DNA of 64,000 bases from a virus. Taxonomy: Duplodnaviria > Caudoviricetes. Both the position numbers and the translations under genes were made by a program. Every line of letters begins with the position of its first letter. Position 1 is the first letter of the stretch. Location of the stretch: IMG/VR virus record IMGVR_UViG_3300021964_010723; one strand, 5' to 3'. The notes under the pieces were generated by a model. That model made no database searches. It had not been told where the DNA came from and was given only the letters and a program-made list of their open reading frames with translations. Below are positions 41,166-49,815 of the stretch, in pieces.

Positions 41166-41227
41166 ATCCGTGGAATCAAATACACACACTGCCGCAAGTC
41201 GATGTTTTAATTGAACAAACGAAATAA
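41162..41227 (+). CDS. Unannotated 21-aa ORF MNPWNQIHTLPQVDVLIEQTK
   Basis: ATG overlaps the upstream TGA (ATGA) and it fills the 41166-41257 gap; below the ORF-track size cut-off. Confidence 0.4.
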   Translation: MNPWNQIHTLPQVDVLIEQTK

Positions 41228-41257
41228 AAGATAAATGGTTAGAGGAGATTAGTACAT

Positions 41258-41917
41258 ATGAGTATGCTTGAAAGACAGATAAATTATGCTGCTATAGTTA
41301 GCTGCGGCGACTTTCTCGAAACATTATATCCTAAATTCGATTATGAAACTGTTGCCCGTATTGTATTTGAATATGGAGATAAACACGGTTGGTATGAGCG
41401 TGGAAATCACGGAGTTAGTGGATTATCTATAGTTAATAAAGATGGAAATACAATTAGTCCAGCAGTTGATAGTATACGTAGTTATAATAAAGAAAACAAC
41501 ACAAATTGGATAGAAACAGACTTTAGACAAAAAACAGAGTTGTATAACGCAGTTGTAGAGCATATACCTTTGTTAAAGGATGCAGAACCTTTTCTATGTC
41601 GTAGCCACTTTATTAAGATGTCTCAGGGTGGAATATTTCCACCGCATCATGATGGCTTAGATGCTATTAGAATTGCAATTCCTATTTGGAATTGTGGAAC
41701 AGATGACTTTAAGTGGGGATACGAAGATAGGATCCTTCAAATGAAAGAAGGTCTTTGTTATTATATGAACACATTAAAAAAACATTGGGTTGCTAGTTTT
41801 ACTGACGATTGTTTGTTTTTACTTTTAAATATAGAACCTACCCCAGAAGCATGTTACTGGTTATGGGATACAGCACTAGGAGGATGTAATGCACCGAAGC
41901 GAAGAACTAGGCCTTAG
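41258..41917 (+). CDS. 2OG-Fe(II) oxygenase (AspH-like)
   Basis: RSHFIKMSQGGIFPPHHD, HWV; GAGGAG SD upstream. Confidence 0.7.
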   Translation: MSMLERQINYAAIVSCGDFLETLYPKFDYETVARIVFEYGDKHGWYERGNHGVSGLSIVNKDGNTISPAVDSIRSYNKENNTNWIETDFRQKTELYNAVVEHIPLLKDAEPFLCRSHFIKMSQGGIFPPHHDGLDAIRIAIPIWNCGTDDFKWGYEDRILQMKEGLCYYMNTLKKHWVASFTDDCLFLLLNIEPTPEACYWLWDTALGGCNAPKRRTRP

Positions 41918-42605
41918 TCGAGTTGTTGATGCTGGAATGACTGAAGAATGGTATAATGATATAGTAAGTGATCTACAACCTGCAATAGACTTAATAGAAA
42001 AGCACCTTAATAGTGGTTACGATAATCCAGGAGGAGAATACTTTAATTTAAGTTGGCCACTTGGCCATACTCCTTATATGCCTGCAGAACAAAAGAAGGA
42101 ACGCACAGAGCAAGGCCTGTATGAAGAAATTGAATTTGATGATTATGTACTAAATTGTAATTACTTCCGAAAAGGTACACCTGAAGAATATATTGTGCAT
42201 GGTATACGCCCAAAGTATACTAGTTTTGCAGTAGGTAAACATGTAAAAAGATATATCGATACAATTGCAGAAATAGACGGCCATCAAGACAGAAATAAAG
42301 TTATGTTAGTTATGTACAAAGGTCCTAACTTTAGTATGCAATGGCATAACGATAGTTACACATACAATAGATATCAGCTTCCAATTACTACTACACCGTT
42401 TGGACAGTTTGGCTGGCAGTATACACACAATGATGGATCTGTTGAAGAAACTTGGTTAAGTTTAGATAAGGGTGTTACATATTGGGTAGACACACAAACT
42501 ACACATATATTTGATAACAGTCGTCCGGGCTGTACTGGACGTATACACTTTATGGTAGACTACTTAGATTGGAAACCACATTACGAAAACGGATTTAAAC
42601 CATGA
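41889..42605 (+). CDS. 2OG-Fe(II) oxygenase (AspH-like)
   Basis: MQWHND, RYQLPI, HIFDN, RIHFMVD. Confidence 0.7.
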   Translation: MHRSEELGLSRVVDAGMTEEWYNDIVSDLQPAIDLIEKHLNSGYDNPGGEYFNLSWPLGHTPYMPAEQKKERTEQGLYEEIEFDDYVLNCNYFRKGTPEEYIVHGIRPKYTSFAVGKHVKRYIDTIAEIDGHQDRNKVMLVMYKGPNFSMQWHNDSYTYNRYQLPITTTPFGQFGWQYTHNDGSVEETWLSLDKGVTYWVDTQTTHIFDNSRPGCTGRIHFMVDYLDWKPHYENGFKP

Positions 42606-43495
42606 AGATAATAGACGAATCTACAATACATCCTAACTTACAAGTTCCTTGGAAAAGCCAAGAAGATGAATTCGTACCTGACTTTGATAAAAAAGTTGAT
42701 TTAGATGAAAAGCAAAGATACGAATCACAAGTTGCAAGATATGAACAAGAAAATCCAGTTAGCACTACTATTAAAGAAATACCTCATCTAAAATTAAAAT
42801 TGCCGCTTTTTAATTATGAACAGGCATGGAATGAAGTACAGCAGTTAGATGATGAAACATTTAGCCGTTGTAATCTACGTAATTATAAAGAAACGCAGGA
42901 AAAAGGGCCGATTTTGCATCCACACTGGTATAGTAAGACAATAGTAAATTATACTCCGCATAGTTATACAGGGCAAGGTAAACAAGCTAAAGAAGAAGCA
43001 GCCTGGGCATATCCAGAGTATCAAAAATATGCTGCTAGCATAGTAGATAACGTTCCTCGCTTAAACAGTGAAGATATGGAATTTTACAAAACTGAAATTT
43101 ACGATCAGTTACCTACTATTACAAATTTTATTAATACGTATATTGCTGATACAACATATCGTATGCACGTATGGAAAATTAAAGACGGTGGTTATTTAAA
43201 TTGGCACAACCATGCACGATTACCTTGGCATAGCGATGTTATTGTTAATGATAAAGCAATTGTACATTTGCCATTGTACACACATCCTGATGTATATATG
43301 CTAGTTCGTAAGGAAGGCAAAATTTATGCTGAACATTATAATCCAGGAGAAGTATGGATATTCAATTACATATACGATCATGCTGTAGATAATCCAACAG
43401 ATGTGTTTCGCTGTCATATTGTGTTGTATGTGCCACTAACTGATAAAAAGTTTTGCAGTTTAGTAGAAAGGTCTTTAAATGATCAAAGAAATTGA
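42602..43495 (+). CDS. AspH-like oxygenase with HxH iron motif
   Basis: KIKDGGYLNWHNH, VHLPL, HAVDN, RCHIV. Confidence 0.65.
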   Translation: MKIIDESTIHPNLQVPWKSQEDEFVPDFDKKVDLDEKQRYESQVARYEQENPVSTTIKEIPHLKLKLPLFNYEQAWNEVQQLDDETFSRCNLRNYKETQEKGPILHPHWYSKTIVNYTPHSYTGQGKQAKEEAAWAYPEYQKYAASIVDNVPRLNSEDMEFYKTEIYDQLPTITNFINTYIADTTYRMHVWKIKDGGYLNWHNHARLPWHSDVIVNDKAIVHLPLYTHPDVYMLVRKEGKIYAEHYNPGEVWIFNYIYDHAVDNPTDVFRCHIVLYVPLTDKKFCSLVERSLNDQRN

Positions 43496-44009
43496 TACGT
43501 GCGATTATAATATTTTACAAGATGTTAATTTTATAGTAAAGGATGCCGAGTATCTAGCAAATATTATAAAAAAACCGTGTAGAATAACTTTTTATATTTC
43601 GGAACATCGAAATTGGAATCAAATGCAGTCATTACCTGTCTTTGAAGATAACGAAAGATTTACATGTTTAGGTCCAAAACCAATGATTGAAATTTATCAT
43701 TGTAAATATAAAAACAATTTAGAGTTAGATTTTTTAAAAGATATTAAAAAAAAATATAATATTACAGACTTTGTTGTTGCTTGTATGAGTCCAAATTTTA
43801 TAATGAATTGGCACACAGATTGGTTCGGCGGCAAACGTTTGCATATTCCAATTGTAACAAATGATCAGTGCTTTCTTGAAACAGAAGAATTAAAAGTAAA
43901 TTGTCAAACTAATAAAGTTTATATTTTAGATACCGAAGTTGAACATACAGCATGTAATCTTGGAAATTCAAATAGATTACATTTAATAGGCGATTTAAAT
44001 GCAATGTAA
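43479..44009 (+). CDS. 2OG-Fe(II) oxygenase (AspH-like)
   Basis: WHTD, RLHIPIVTN, HTACN, RLHLIGD. Confidence 0.75.
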   Translation: MIKEIDTCDYNILQDVNFIVKDAEYLANIIKKPCRITFYISEHRNWNQMQSLPVFEDNERFTCLGPKPMIEIYHCKYKNNLELDFLKDIKKKYNITDFVVACMSPNFIMNWHTDWFGGKRLHIPIVTNDQCFLETEELKVNCQTNKVYILDTEVEHTACNLGNSNRLHLIGDLNAM

Positions 44010-44589
44010 AAAAATTGATATTAATATCGACATAAATACACTAAAAGATATATTAAGCCCTTATTGCAATAATTTACATAACATTGCAAAACAATATCCA
44101 GACGATATTGTAAGAGTAATGACTAATTATCCTGCAGGGTTAGGGCATTACACAATGAATAAACGCTTAGACGAAAATTGGCAAGTAATTGAAACTGATG
44201 AATATTTTCTATATACAATGATTAACAAATTTAGTACACGTATGATAAGTGTTTACTATAAAGAGTCTGCCGATATTGACAATTATATACAAGAAATTAT
44301 AAACAAAATACAATCTGTAGAAAATATAAAAGATAAAACTCCTGTAGTTGCATTAGTATATGCTGGTCCTAAGTTTAGATTAGAGAAACATATCGATAGT
44401 AAAGGGTTAGTAAGGTATCATATTCCGCTAGAAACTACTGAACACAGTTATTTTGTAACTTATGATCCTAAAACTAAGTGGTGGCCAAAAGAAGGCGACG
44501 TATGGCGTTTAGAGACTGAGAAATATCATGCAGCAATGAACGATAGTGAAACAGAAACAAGAATACATATGATAGTGGATTTTATCTAA
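43999..44589 (+). CDS. 2OG-Fe(II) oxygenase (AspH-like)
   Basis: KHID, RYHIPLET, HAAMN, RIHMIVD. Confidence 0.75.
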   Translation: MQCKKIDINIDINTLKDILSPYCNNLHNIAKQYPDDIVRVMTNYPAGLGHYTMNKRLDENWQVIETDEYFLYTMINKFSTRMISVYYKESADIDNYIQEIINKIQSVENIKDKTPVVALVYAGPKFRLEKHIDSKGLVRYHIPLETTEHSYFVTYDPKTKWWPKEGDVWRLETEKYHAAMNDSETETRIHMIVDFI

Positions 44590-45218
44590 TGACTAATGTA
44601 ACGCTATTAGACACAAATTTTAAAGATATGTTAACTGAGTTAAAAACTGAGCTAGCGCCTTATCTTGCAGCAATGCAAGATTATGAGCAACATTTAGATT
44701 TTAGTAAATACCCAAATAGAGTAGCAATTGTATACCCTGTAGGCAATACACAAAAAAGTTTATATGCAAGCAGAAATCTTGATAAAAAGAAACCAGTTCA
44801 CAGAGATTTTGAAACATACAAAAGTTTGCAATTATTTTTCCCCGGACATCAAACTTTAAACCATACGCTCCAACTTAAAGGAGGAAAATATCCTGTTGAT
44901 ATAATTAATAAAATAAAGTTTATTATTTTTAAAGAAACTGGATATGATGTATTAGAGTGCGAAGCAGCAATTGCAACAAAGTATAAAAACTACACATTGC
45001 AGCCGCACATTGACGGTGATAAGGAAGAAAGTGGAGTAACGAACAGAATTCATTTGGTATTAGAGTCTAGTGAAACAAATTACTTTGAAGATGAAAATAA
45101 AATGAGATACAACCTTAAAGAAGGAGAAGTTTGGGATCTAGATGTTACACGTACACATGGTACTGGAAACTTTTCAGATGCTAGAGCTACTCATCTAGTT
45201 CTCGATTACAAAGGATGA
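44589..45218 (+). CDS. 2OG-Fe(II) oxygenase (AspH-like)
   Basis: PHID, RIHLVL, HGTGN, RATHLVLD. Confidence 0.7.
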   Translation: MTNVTLLDTNFKDMLTELKTELAPYLAAMQDYEQHLDFSKYPNRVAIVYPVGNTQKSLYASRNLDKKKPVHRDFETYKSLQLFFPGHQTLNHTLQLKGGKYPVDIINKIKFIIFKETGYDVLECEAAIATKYKNYTLQPHIDGDKEESGVTNRIHLVLESSETNYFEDENKMRYNLKEGEVWDLDVTRTHGTGNFSDARATHLVLDYKG

Positions 45219-46774
45219 AACTTTTACTATGTACTATACCTAAAAATGGAGTCAATACTCCTAGTCTAGCAATCGGATACCTTCAAGCGGCTTGTAAGCA
45301 GCAAGGCATAGCCGTAGAAGTAAGAGATTTTAACTGGGACCTCTGGAATGCTACTATACATACGGACTGGTGGGAAATATGGAAAGAGTCTAACACAGAT
45401 TTATACAAAGGTAATCGATTTAATCAGTTTGTCAATGAAGTATACGACAACTTTCTTGATAAGTGGGCAGAAGAAATAGCAAACAACAATGCTGAATGGA
45501 TCGGCATCAGTTGTTTTAGCTATCGTAGTTTGCCTAGTTTGAAACTTCTGGCTCCTAAAATCCGCAAACTTGCTCCTACTAAAAAGATAATTGTCGGCGG
45601 CGCTCCTATAGCAACATATGCAAATTGGATTATAGCAAATAATATAGCAGATTATGCAGTTGAAAGCGAAGGCGATGTTGTGCTTCCTAAAATACTTAAA
45701 GGAGAGATACAGCCCGGAATTGTTAAATCTATACAAATTGATGACCTTAACTCCTTACCGCCAGCAGATTATACAGGACTAGATTTTTCTAAATATATCC
45801 CAGGAGATCCAGGCGGACTACGAGTACATCATAATTCAGCCTGGACTAGTAATAGAGTTGAAGCAGGAATAATGGGTAGTAGAGGATGCGTTCGTAAATG
45901 TACATTTTGTGATGTAGAACAGTATTGGCCTAAATTTAGATGGCGCAGTGCCGAAAGCATTTATGACGAAATGCTAATGCTATACAACAAAGGCATAAAC
46001 GAAATATATTTTTACGATAGTTTAATAAATGGTAATCAAAGCGAGTTTGAAAAGTTGCTAGATTTAATTATCGCAGATGGTTCTAAGTTTAGAAGTATCA
46101 AAGGTTTAGCAATTTTTAAATTTCAGCCTGAAAGGTTGTATGAAAAAATGTCTAAAGCAAATGTGAAACAACTAAGTATCGGGGTAGAAAGTTTCTCAGA
46201 AGAAATTCGTACACAGATGCGTAAAAAGTTTAGCAATGCTACTATGGAAGAAAATCTTGAAATGTACAAAAAGTACAAAATAAGAGTAGTACTGCTAATG
46301 GTAATAGGGTATCCTAGTGAACGAGAAAAACATCATAAAGAAAATCTTAAATGGATAAGAGAACATGCCAGCATGGCACAAGGAAAACCAATTAGTAGAA
46401 TTGAAATAGGCGGAACAATGATTATACTACCTGGAGCTCCTGTGTTCAAAGATCATATGTTTGATTATTATATTGACAAAAAAAATGAATGGATTTCACT
46501 AAATGGTAGAGAATCTAATACGATGGATGTTAGAGTGAGACGTAGAGAAGAAACTGAAGACTATTGTGCTCGTTACGGATTTGCTACTGGAAGTGTATAT
46601 GGAGAAGGAGGAATTGTTTTAGGTGATCATGAAAAAAATAATGCTGCTGACTATAAACGCCCGCAAGATAGTCTGACACCATTAACAAATATTAATAAGT
46701 TAAATTTTGAAGAAGACGGCATTGTATTAGGATGGGAAAGTGATCCAACTCGACCATTACATCAAAATTCGTAG
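45215..46774 (+). CDS. Cobalamin-binding radical SAM protein
   Basis: IGISCF, IVGG, ESEG; SRGCVRKCTFCD; GVES; paralog of 30837. Confidence 0.85.
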   Translation: MKLLLCTIPKNGVNTPSLAIGYLQAACKQQGIAVEVRDFNWDLWNATIHTDWWEIWKESNTDLYKGNRFNQFVNEVYDNFLDKWAEEIANNNAEWIGISCFSYRSLPSLKLLAPKIRKLAPTKKIIVGGAPIATYANWIIANNIADYAVESEGDVVLPKILKGEIQPGIVKSIQIDDLNSLPPADYTGLDFSKYIPGDPGGLRVHHNSAWTSNRVEAGIMGSRGCVRKCTFCDVEQYWPKFRWRSAESIYDEMLMLYNKGINEIYFYDSLINGNQSEFEKLLDLIIADGSKFRSIKGLAIFKFQPERLYEKMSKANVKQLSIGVESFSEEIRTQMRKKFSNATMEENLEMYKKYKIRVVLLMVIGYPSEREKHHKENLKWIREHASMAQGKPISRIEIGGTMIILPGAPVFKDHMFDYYIDKKNEWISLNGRESNTMDVRVRRREETEDYCARYGFATGSVYGEGGIVLGDHEKNNAADYKRPQDSLTPLTNINKLNFEEDGIVLGWESDPTRPLHQNS

Positions 46775-47388
46775 TCAAATAGTTTTATTTCGTATGCAAA
46801 ATCTTTTAAGATTTGGTCGTGCATCCAATCTTTGTATAACGTTTTATATGTAGCCTTGCTGTGTGTACCTGTGTTTAAAACTGGTAAATCTGGTAATATA
46901 TATCCGCTAAAGATACTATTTAAATAATTACGTAAATGTTCTATAGGAAGGATGTGTTTGGCTACTATAGTTCCGTCTAATGTGTAGTAATCTTTACCTG
47001 GATTCAATGTGCCACGTAGTTCTAAAAGTCCTTGACAGAAGCGGTTAAATGTGTCTGTAGGTACTTGTGTAACTCCTAGCTTTTTCATATGATAAAATTT
47101 ACTTGCTAATAAATTCCATGGGTTGCGGACAGTAACTATTATTTCCATTTTATTCCACCACTGTGGAAATGTTTCTTTGGCTCTCGCCGCAGTCATGTGA
47201 TGCGTAATTATAGTGTCTTGTTCAATGTCAACATTAAAGTTGCTTTGTTTATAATTTAAACTTGTTAAATAGGGACGATGATTAATTTTAGCAAACTCTA
47301 CAAGCCAGTGTGTCATGCTAAGACTTGCACTTTTTGGCTGGCGTAAGTAACAAATAAATTTTCCAGGCGGAAAGATTATACTAGTCAC
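46762..47388 (-). CDS. Sulfotransferase family protein
   Basis: YLRQPKSASLS and VTVRNPW..LASKF. Start proposed at GTG 47388 (GTGA overlap with the upstream stop) rather than ATG 47448. Confidence 0.6.
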   Translation of the reverse strand: MTSIIFPPGKFICYLRQPKSASLSMTHWLVEFAKINHRPYLTSLNYKQSNFNVDIEQDTIITHHMTAARAKETFPQWWNKMEIIVTVRNPWNLLASKFYHMKKLGVTQVPTDTFNRFCQGLLELRGTLNPGKDYYTLDGTIVAKHILPIEHLRNYLNSIFSGYILPDLPVLNTGTHSKATYKTLYKDWMHDQILKDFAYEIKLFDYEF

Positions 47389-47849
47389 ATTATTCTCATA
47401 ATAAATTGATGTCCGCCATAGTGCAATTGTTCGTGTGAAATATTCCAAAGGTATTTTGAGAATTTAGCAAAATATTCAAATAGTTTAGGACTTTCCTCTC
47501 TACTTAGCCAGATACTGGTATAGCCTAGGGCTAATGCATACTTTGTACTAAGATCCAAAGTTTCTAATCCTCTTGCTAAATCATTAGACTTAGTGCCAAA
47601 ATTGTAAGTTCTTTCTCGAGTATGTCGGCTCATAATTCTTATTGATTTATTATATTCTGGTCTTTCTATTCCAGCACTATAATAAATTAGTTCTCCATTA
47701 TAGTATGCCATTCTAGCAAATTTAGTGTATTCAAATAAAGGCCATTTTAAGTAATTATCTGCGTGTCTGTGAGTAGAATTTTTTTCAAATAGAGTTTTTA
47801 TTGCATTTAAATGGCTGTCTATAGGCTCTAAATACCATTTTAGGTGCAT
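47385..47849 (-). CDS. Hypothetical protein (possible GNAT-like fold)
   Basis: 154 aa; alpha/beta pattern with 'YALALGYTSIWLS' reminiscent of GNAT motif B; weak. Confidence 0.45.
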   Translation of the reverse strand: MHLKWYLEPIDSHLNAIKTLFEKNSTHRHADNYLKWPLFEYTKFARMAYYNGELIYYSAGIERPEYNKSIRIMSRHTRERTYNFGTKSNDLARGLETLDLSTKYALALGYTSIWLSREESPKLFEYFAKFSKYLWNISHEQLHYGGHQFIMRIM

Positions 47850-48472
47850 AAATTATTCTGCAAGAAATTTAAATCTTCAGTGCCTTTTAATGAAAACATC
47901 AAAGCAGTCCTATCATTTAGACTATCATTTACAACAGAATGTGGAAAACCTACATTTAAAAAATAAATTTTTCCAGCTTTTAAATTGTATTCTTCAATCT
48001 TGTTTTTTCTTTTAAAAAGATTTTTTACATTTTTATCTGTTTCAATGGGATAGATACATCTTACAGCATAATCTACGTTATAATCTACATGGAAAGGAAT
48101 AGTTTTTCCTGCTGACAATTTTGTTATACGTATGCGACTTACAGGAGCTTTAAAAAGTTTTTTTAAATTATTTTCTAGCCAAGTATCTTTGAAAAAAGGT
48201 GTAGCTACATTGTACAAATGTTCTTCTTGTCTTTTCAATCTTTCTTTAATATTTTCTGTGTAAGGCAAAATTTCTGAAGGGTTAGTTAAATTTATTTGTT
48301 CAAAGTTGTCATATACATTTTTAACTAATTCCATGTGATTGTCACATAGCATCGGATTAGCAGACCTAACATCGATAAATTTGTCTTTTATGGTTAAAAA
48401 ATATTCATTGACTTTATTAAAATCAATAGTAAATGGAAATTCTGCAACGTTAGGTAATACATGTTTATTCAT
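47840..48472 (-). CDS. 2OG-Fe(II) oxygenase (AspH-like)
   Basis: SRIRITKLSAGKTIPFHVD, HSVVN, DRTALMFS. Confidence 0.8.
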   Translation of the reverse strand: MNKHVLPNVAEFPFTIDFNKVNEYFLTIKDKFIDVRSANPMLCDNHMELVKNVYDNFEQINLTNPSEILPYTENIKERLKRQEEHLYNVATPFFKDTWLENNLKKLFKAPVSRIRITKLSAGKTIPFHVDYNVDYAVRCIYPIETDKNVKNLFKRKNKIEEYNLKAGKIYFLNVGFPHSVVNDSLNDRTALMFSLKGTEDLNFLQNNLCT

Positions 48473-49241
48473 TATATTCTGCCATTAATGGTGATAAGCT
48501 AATTCTATTTATGTTGTTTGTACGTTTGAATTTATTGTAAATTGGATTAGTTGATGTTGCAAGCCAAACCGAATCGCTAGGTGTTAAATCTAATTTATCA
48601 CAAATTTTGTATTGTAAGTTGTTAAGTCGGTTGTATACATAGTTAATATCAAATGTTTTTATAATTTCTTCAGATGCATTATGAGCAATATAATTATAAT
48701 ATTTTGCACTGTTTATTAGGTTTTCTAATTTATTATCTTGTGTCCTAGAAAAAAACCATCCTGTTCTAATGTTTCTAATGCCAAATGATTTACTTAAACT
48801 ATAAAATACATATTCGATATTATCACTATTTTTTATTTCAATAATTTTGGTACTACCTATATATGCTAAGTCTAAAGCAACAGGAATATCAGTAGGAATG
48901 TTTCTATAATTACCATGTATACTACTAGGACAACTTATATAATGGATATATGAATCATGTATTGTAGCTGTTTTTGGAACCCATTGATAATCGCCGTCGT
49001 CTAAAAAAATTTTTCGTTTTTCATTTGACAACCACCAATCTAAGCCTTGTGTAATACCATTCATTGGATAAACATAAAAATTAGATAAATCTATTATAGG
49101 ATGCAACCATTGAACTATATTTGTTTTATACGGAGTTACGTTGTCCAAATCATAAGGTATACGAGATATTGTTTTCCGAACCTCGCTAAGAACGTTTGTT
49201 CTTACTGCTGTGCTTTGAGCTAGTAATTTATTTACTTGCAT
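48465..49241 (-). CDS. PLP-dependent enzyme (fold type I, aminotransferase/decarboxylase-like)
   Basis: NGITQG, PSSIHG, DLAY, SLSKSFG..RTGW (Schiff-base Lys). Confidence 0.7.
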   Translation of the reverse strand: MQVNKLLAQSTAVRTNVLSEVRKTISRIPYDLDNVTPYKTNIVQWLHPIIDLSNFYVYPMNGITQGLDWWLSNEKRKIFLDDGDYQWVPKTATIHDSYIHYISCPSSIHGNYRNIPTDIPVALDLAYIGSTKIIEIKNSDNIEYVFYSLSKSFGIRNIRTGWFFSRTQDNKLENLINSAKYYNYIAHNASEEIIKTFDINYVYNRLNNLQYKICDKLDLTPSDSVWLATSTNPIYNKFKRTNNINRISLSPLMAEYNE

Positions 49242-49806
49242 TTATGTGATGAGTATGATGGTCCCCTTCAAAAGGAGCAATAAAACTTAACCAAAAACAA
49301 TTCTTTGCAGTGCCAGTGGAGGTATGGCCCCACAAATTTAATGCACCAAAACCTATGTATGATAATAGAGAAATTAAAGATAAAATTATTATCGAATCAA
49401 TTCCAAATAATAAAAATAGAATGAAAGCATTTACAGCATATAATAGATAGATATTTTTGTGAACAAATACAATGTATTGATTTTTTATTACATCTTTTAT
49501 AAATTTTCTAGGAATGTTTTTTACTTTCCAAAGACTGAATAAAATTACATACCATTTTAAATATTTTCTACTATGAGGATCTTTTGGAGTGTCTGAATAG
49601 GTATGATGCATTCTGTGAACACCGACCCAAGTCAAGGGAGATTTACATCCGCAGAGCATGCCACAGTATAAAATTAAAATTTCGTGGAATACACTAGTTG
49701 TAAATGTTTGATGGGCATAAAAGCGATGATAACCAAAGGTAATACCAATTGTAGAAGTAATAAAATATAAAAGATATGACAGTAATGTTAGACTTAATAC
49801 ATCCAT
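49228..49806 (-). CDS. Membrane fatty-acid desaturase (delta9-like)
   Basis: His boxes HRFYAH, HRMHH and HHTHH with hydrophobic segments. Confidence 0.85.
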   Translation of the reverse strand: MDVLSLTLLSYLLYFITSTIGITFGYHRFYAHQTFTTSVFHEILILYCGMLCGCKSPLTWVGVHRMHHTYSDTPKDPHSRKYLKWYVILFSLWKVKNIPRKFIKDVIKNQYIVFVHKNIYLLYAVNAFILFLLFGIDSIIILSLISLLSYIGFGALNLWGHTSTGTAKNCFWLSFIAPFEGDHHTHHINASK

Positions 49807-49815
49807 TATAATTTT

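Noticed and set aside
19768-46774. Selenocysteine read-through at TGA stops of Fe-S genes
   Set aside because: The TGA stops examined coincide with overlaps onto the next gene's start and the Cys motifs are already complete.
26877-49241. A phage cobalamin biosynthesis/salvage route (BluB-like nitroreductase plus CobD-like PLP enzyme)
   Set aside because: Only fold-level resemblance; no subfamily-specific residues recognised and no other cob genes present.
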